Under the pieces are notes generated by a model. The model ran no database searches. It saw only the letters and a list, made by a program, of their open reading frames with translations, and was not told the origin of the DNA. From Parasitella parasitica NRRL 2501 (lineage: Eukaryota > Fungi > Mucoromycota): DNA of 64,000 bases. The position numbers were made by a program, and so were the translations under genes. This document shows, piece after piece, positions 61,970-64,000 of the stretch; position 1 is the stretch's first letter, and each line of letters opens with the position of its first letter. The DNA lies in the NCBI GenBank assembly GCA_025201805.1, contig MU619267.1, forward strand, positions 102,020 to 166,019, given 5' to 3'.

Positions 61970-63844
61970 TATGTCATATCTAACATAGTTATAATGTACG
62001 AATAATAATATTAATTGCTGGTAATTCTTTTACAGCGAAGGACTAAGCTACAAGTTGTAATTGTACCTCTTTCAAGGTCCTAGGCTTATTCAAAGATTGA
62101 ATCAAGATCAGGTCGCGGGGCATTGGGGAGATTTCTTTCACGTATTTTCTGTTTAATGTAAAATAGAAGATTAGGTCTGTTCCTGGAAATGCTGCTGATA
62201 TAATAATGTTTGGCACCTCCTGTCAAACATCAGATGTTATGCGCATAAACACTAATTAAGATATAGTGTTTAGAATGAATAGAGATTATATTTCAGACCT
62301 TACACATCTCAACAATTAAAATCCAACAAATGTTGTAAATTTATTGCAAATGGTAAAAAAACGATTGACACAAGTATAGAAGCAAAAACGCAAAATCTTA
62401 TTTTTTTCGTTGGGAAATGCTTGATTTATCAGAAAAAAAACTTGATAGAAATTAACCAGGTGAAGATCTGTTTATTATATTCAAAAATAGAGGGTTCATA
62501 CACTTTCTACGAACTGAGCGAAGCGAATGTGAGGATAAAGGTTTTATTGATGAGTGTTATGCGCAGAGGATATATAAATATAACCTGCTAAAAAAATGTA
62601 TAACTTTATAAAAATAAAATCAGACACAAAAGCTAATGACTTCGTTGATAAGAAAATGCCATCTTTTTATACTTTATACTAGATTATATCTATTGTAACA
62701 CTATTTGTCATCATTGTTAACCATTGAACTTGGTATATATTATCAAGTCAATTACATGTTATATTGTGCATTATAAGCTTATTTCTTGTCATTGTATACA
62801 AAGAATTGCCAATCTAATAATTGCTTAATCTCAAGCCTTTCTAGCACAACAATGAGATCCAGAAGATAAAGTAGATTGTATCTACTCCAAATATCATGTC
62901 GTATTATTTTGTGATTTGACGTTTTACTCTTTAAGATAAGTTTATTATAGCATATTAACATCTGGGAGAATTGCTACATCAATGCTAATTTAACGTATTA
63001 TTACGTAAATAATGGAGCAAAAAAGCATTATATGTTTATTGTAAACCAGCTCTAAGTTTCAATGTAAGTACCGGCATGCTGATTGTCTATGCTAAAATGA
63101 AGTGGGAAGATGATTATGTATTTTCAATTCTGTTTATTTTTTTTTTCATTTCTGTTTTTCTCATAAAATCAGGATTAATTTGGCTAAGTCAACCCTAAAA
63201 TCCTAAAAACAAAAAAACAGGGTTTCCCCCTGATTTGATGTTAGGCGGAGCTTGAAATTCGACCAAAAATAGAAATTGGTAGAATTTCAAGGAATACCAC
63301 CCCTAAACAGCCAAAAAATGCCTTACCGCACTTCCTAGCTTCGGATAAAATGGCCCATCTCAAGAACTGCTAGAGTAAGCACAGTAGATGAGTAGAAACA
63401 GCCTACATGCTCCTGTATGACCTGGATAGAGATCTAATGTCAAGTTTCAATGATAGGCTATCCACTTGACATGAAGAGAGAACCAAAACTACAAATGCAA
63501 AACAAAAAAGATTTTTCAGTTAGTAAAAAAGCTCTTACAAAACATAATAAGAAGTGATATTACCTGAAGGAACTACTGCACCAGAAACACACCATCTTTT
63601 ATATTGTTTTCTTGTGATAGGTTCTATAAAAAAAAGCAAATGAGAGTGTTAGTTATGTTTATTTTTTAAAAAACGTGGGTAATATTTACTGTTTTTAAAG
63701 AAATAAAGCGACTTTACCCACAACCAAAGAGGTACAGCGTATAAAACCAGCAGTAATGAACACAAATTCCACGCGTTTGCATTGTAGATATTCAAGCATA
63801 AGAGTATATAATAGTAACATAATAGCGGAATAGAAGTAAGGAAG

Positions 63845-63876
<32 letters not shown>

Positions 63877-63879
63877 GTG

Positions 63880-63910
<31 letters not shown>

Positions 63911-64000
63911 AAAGGAGGCGTAGCCATAATTTTTAATACGCCTGTGACCTTATTTTTGCGTGAACAGTAAATGCATGCAAACCAGTAAACAATATAAACT

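Overview
Gene-dense, intron-rich fungal DNA. Short GT-AG introns, AT-rich intergenic DNA, the gene set and the transposon types point to Mucorales (inference). The assembly has N-gaps, mostly beside poly-A/T runs. About 22 host genes can be read: PIS1 (3' part), an HSF-family factor, a GPAT/DHAPAT acyltransferase, a fungal TF-domain protein, a PX-PB1 protein, DCTN4, YOS1, a SET protein, a CDP-DAG synthase, POP2/CAF1, MDH, a TPS-complex subunit, a Kin1-like kinase, an AhpD-like protein, a carotenoid oxygenase, a rhomboid, a KH protein, a hypothetical protein, RCE1, ERCC1/RAD10 and a PX-AGC kinase. The most striking locus is a three-level nest at about 22.0-26.6 kb. The outer layer is a long foldback palindrome. 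It is interrupted at a TA by a 3.7-kb element with ~350-bp TIRs that carry a strict 23-bp-period motif. The only gene seen in that element is an intron-containing serine-recombinase (resolvase)-like gene (GYVRKS), with no DDE transposase, and that gene is itself split by a Helitron with canonical A|TC...CTAG|T ends. Other highlights are a carotenoid oxygenase with three of four iron-binding His replaced by Asn, two TA-flanked MITEs, Tc1 and Helitron relics, and a decayed P-loop helicase-like relic. Exon boundaries were read by eye and are approximate.
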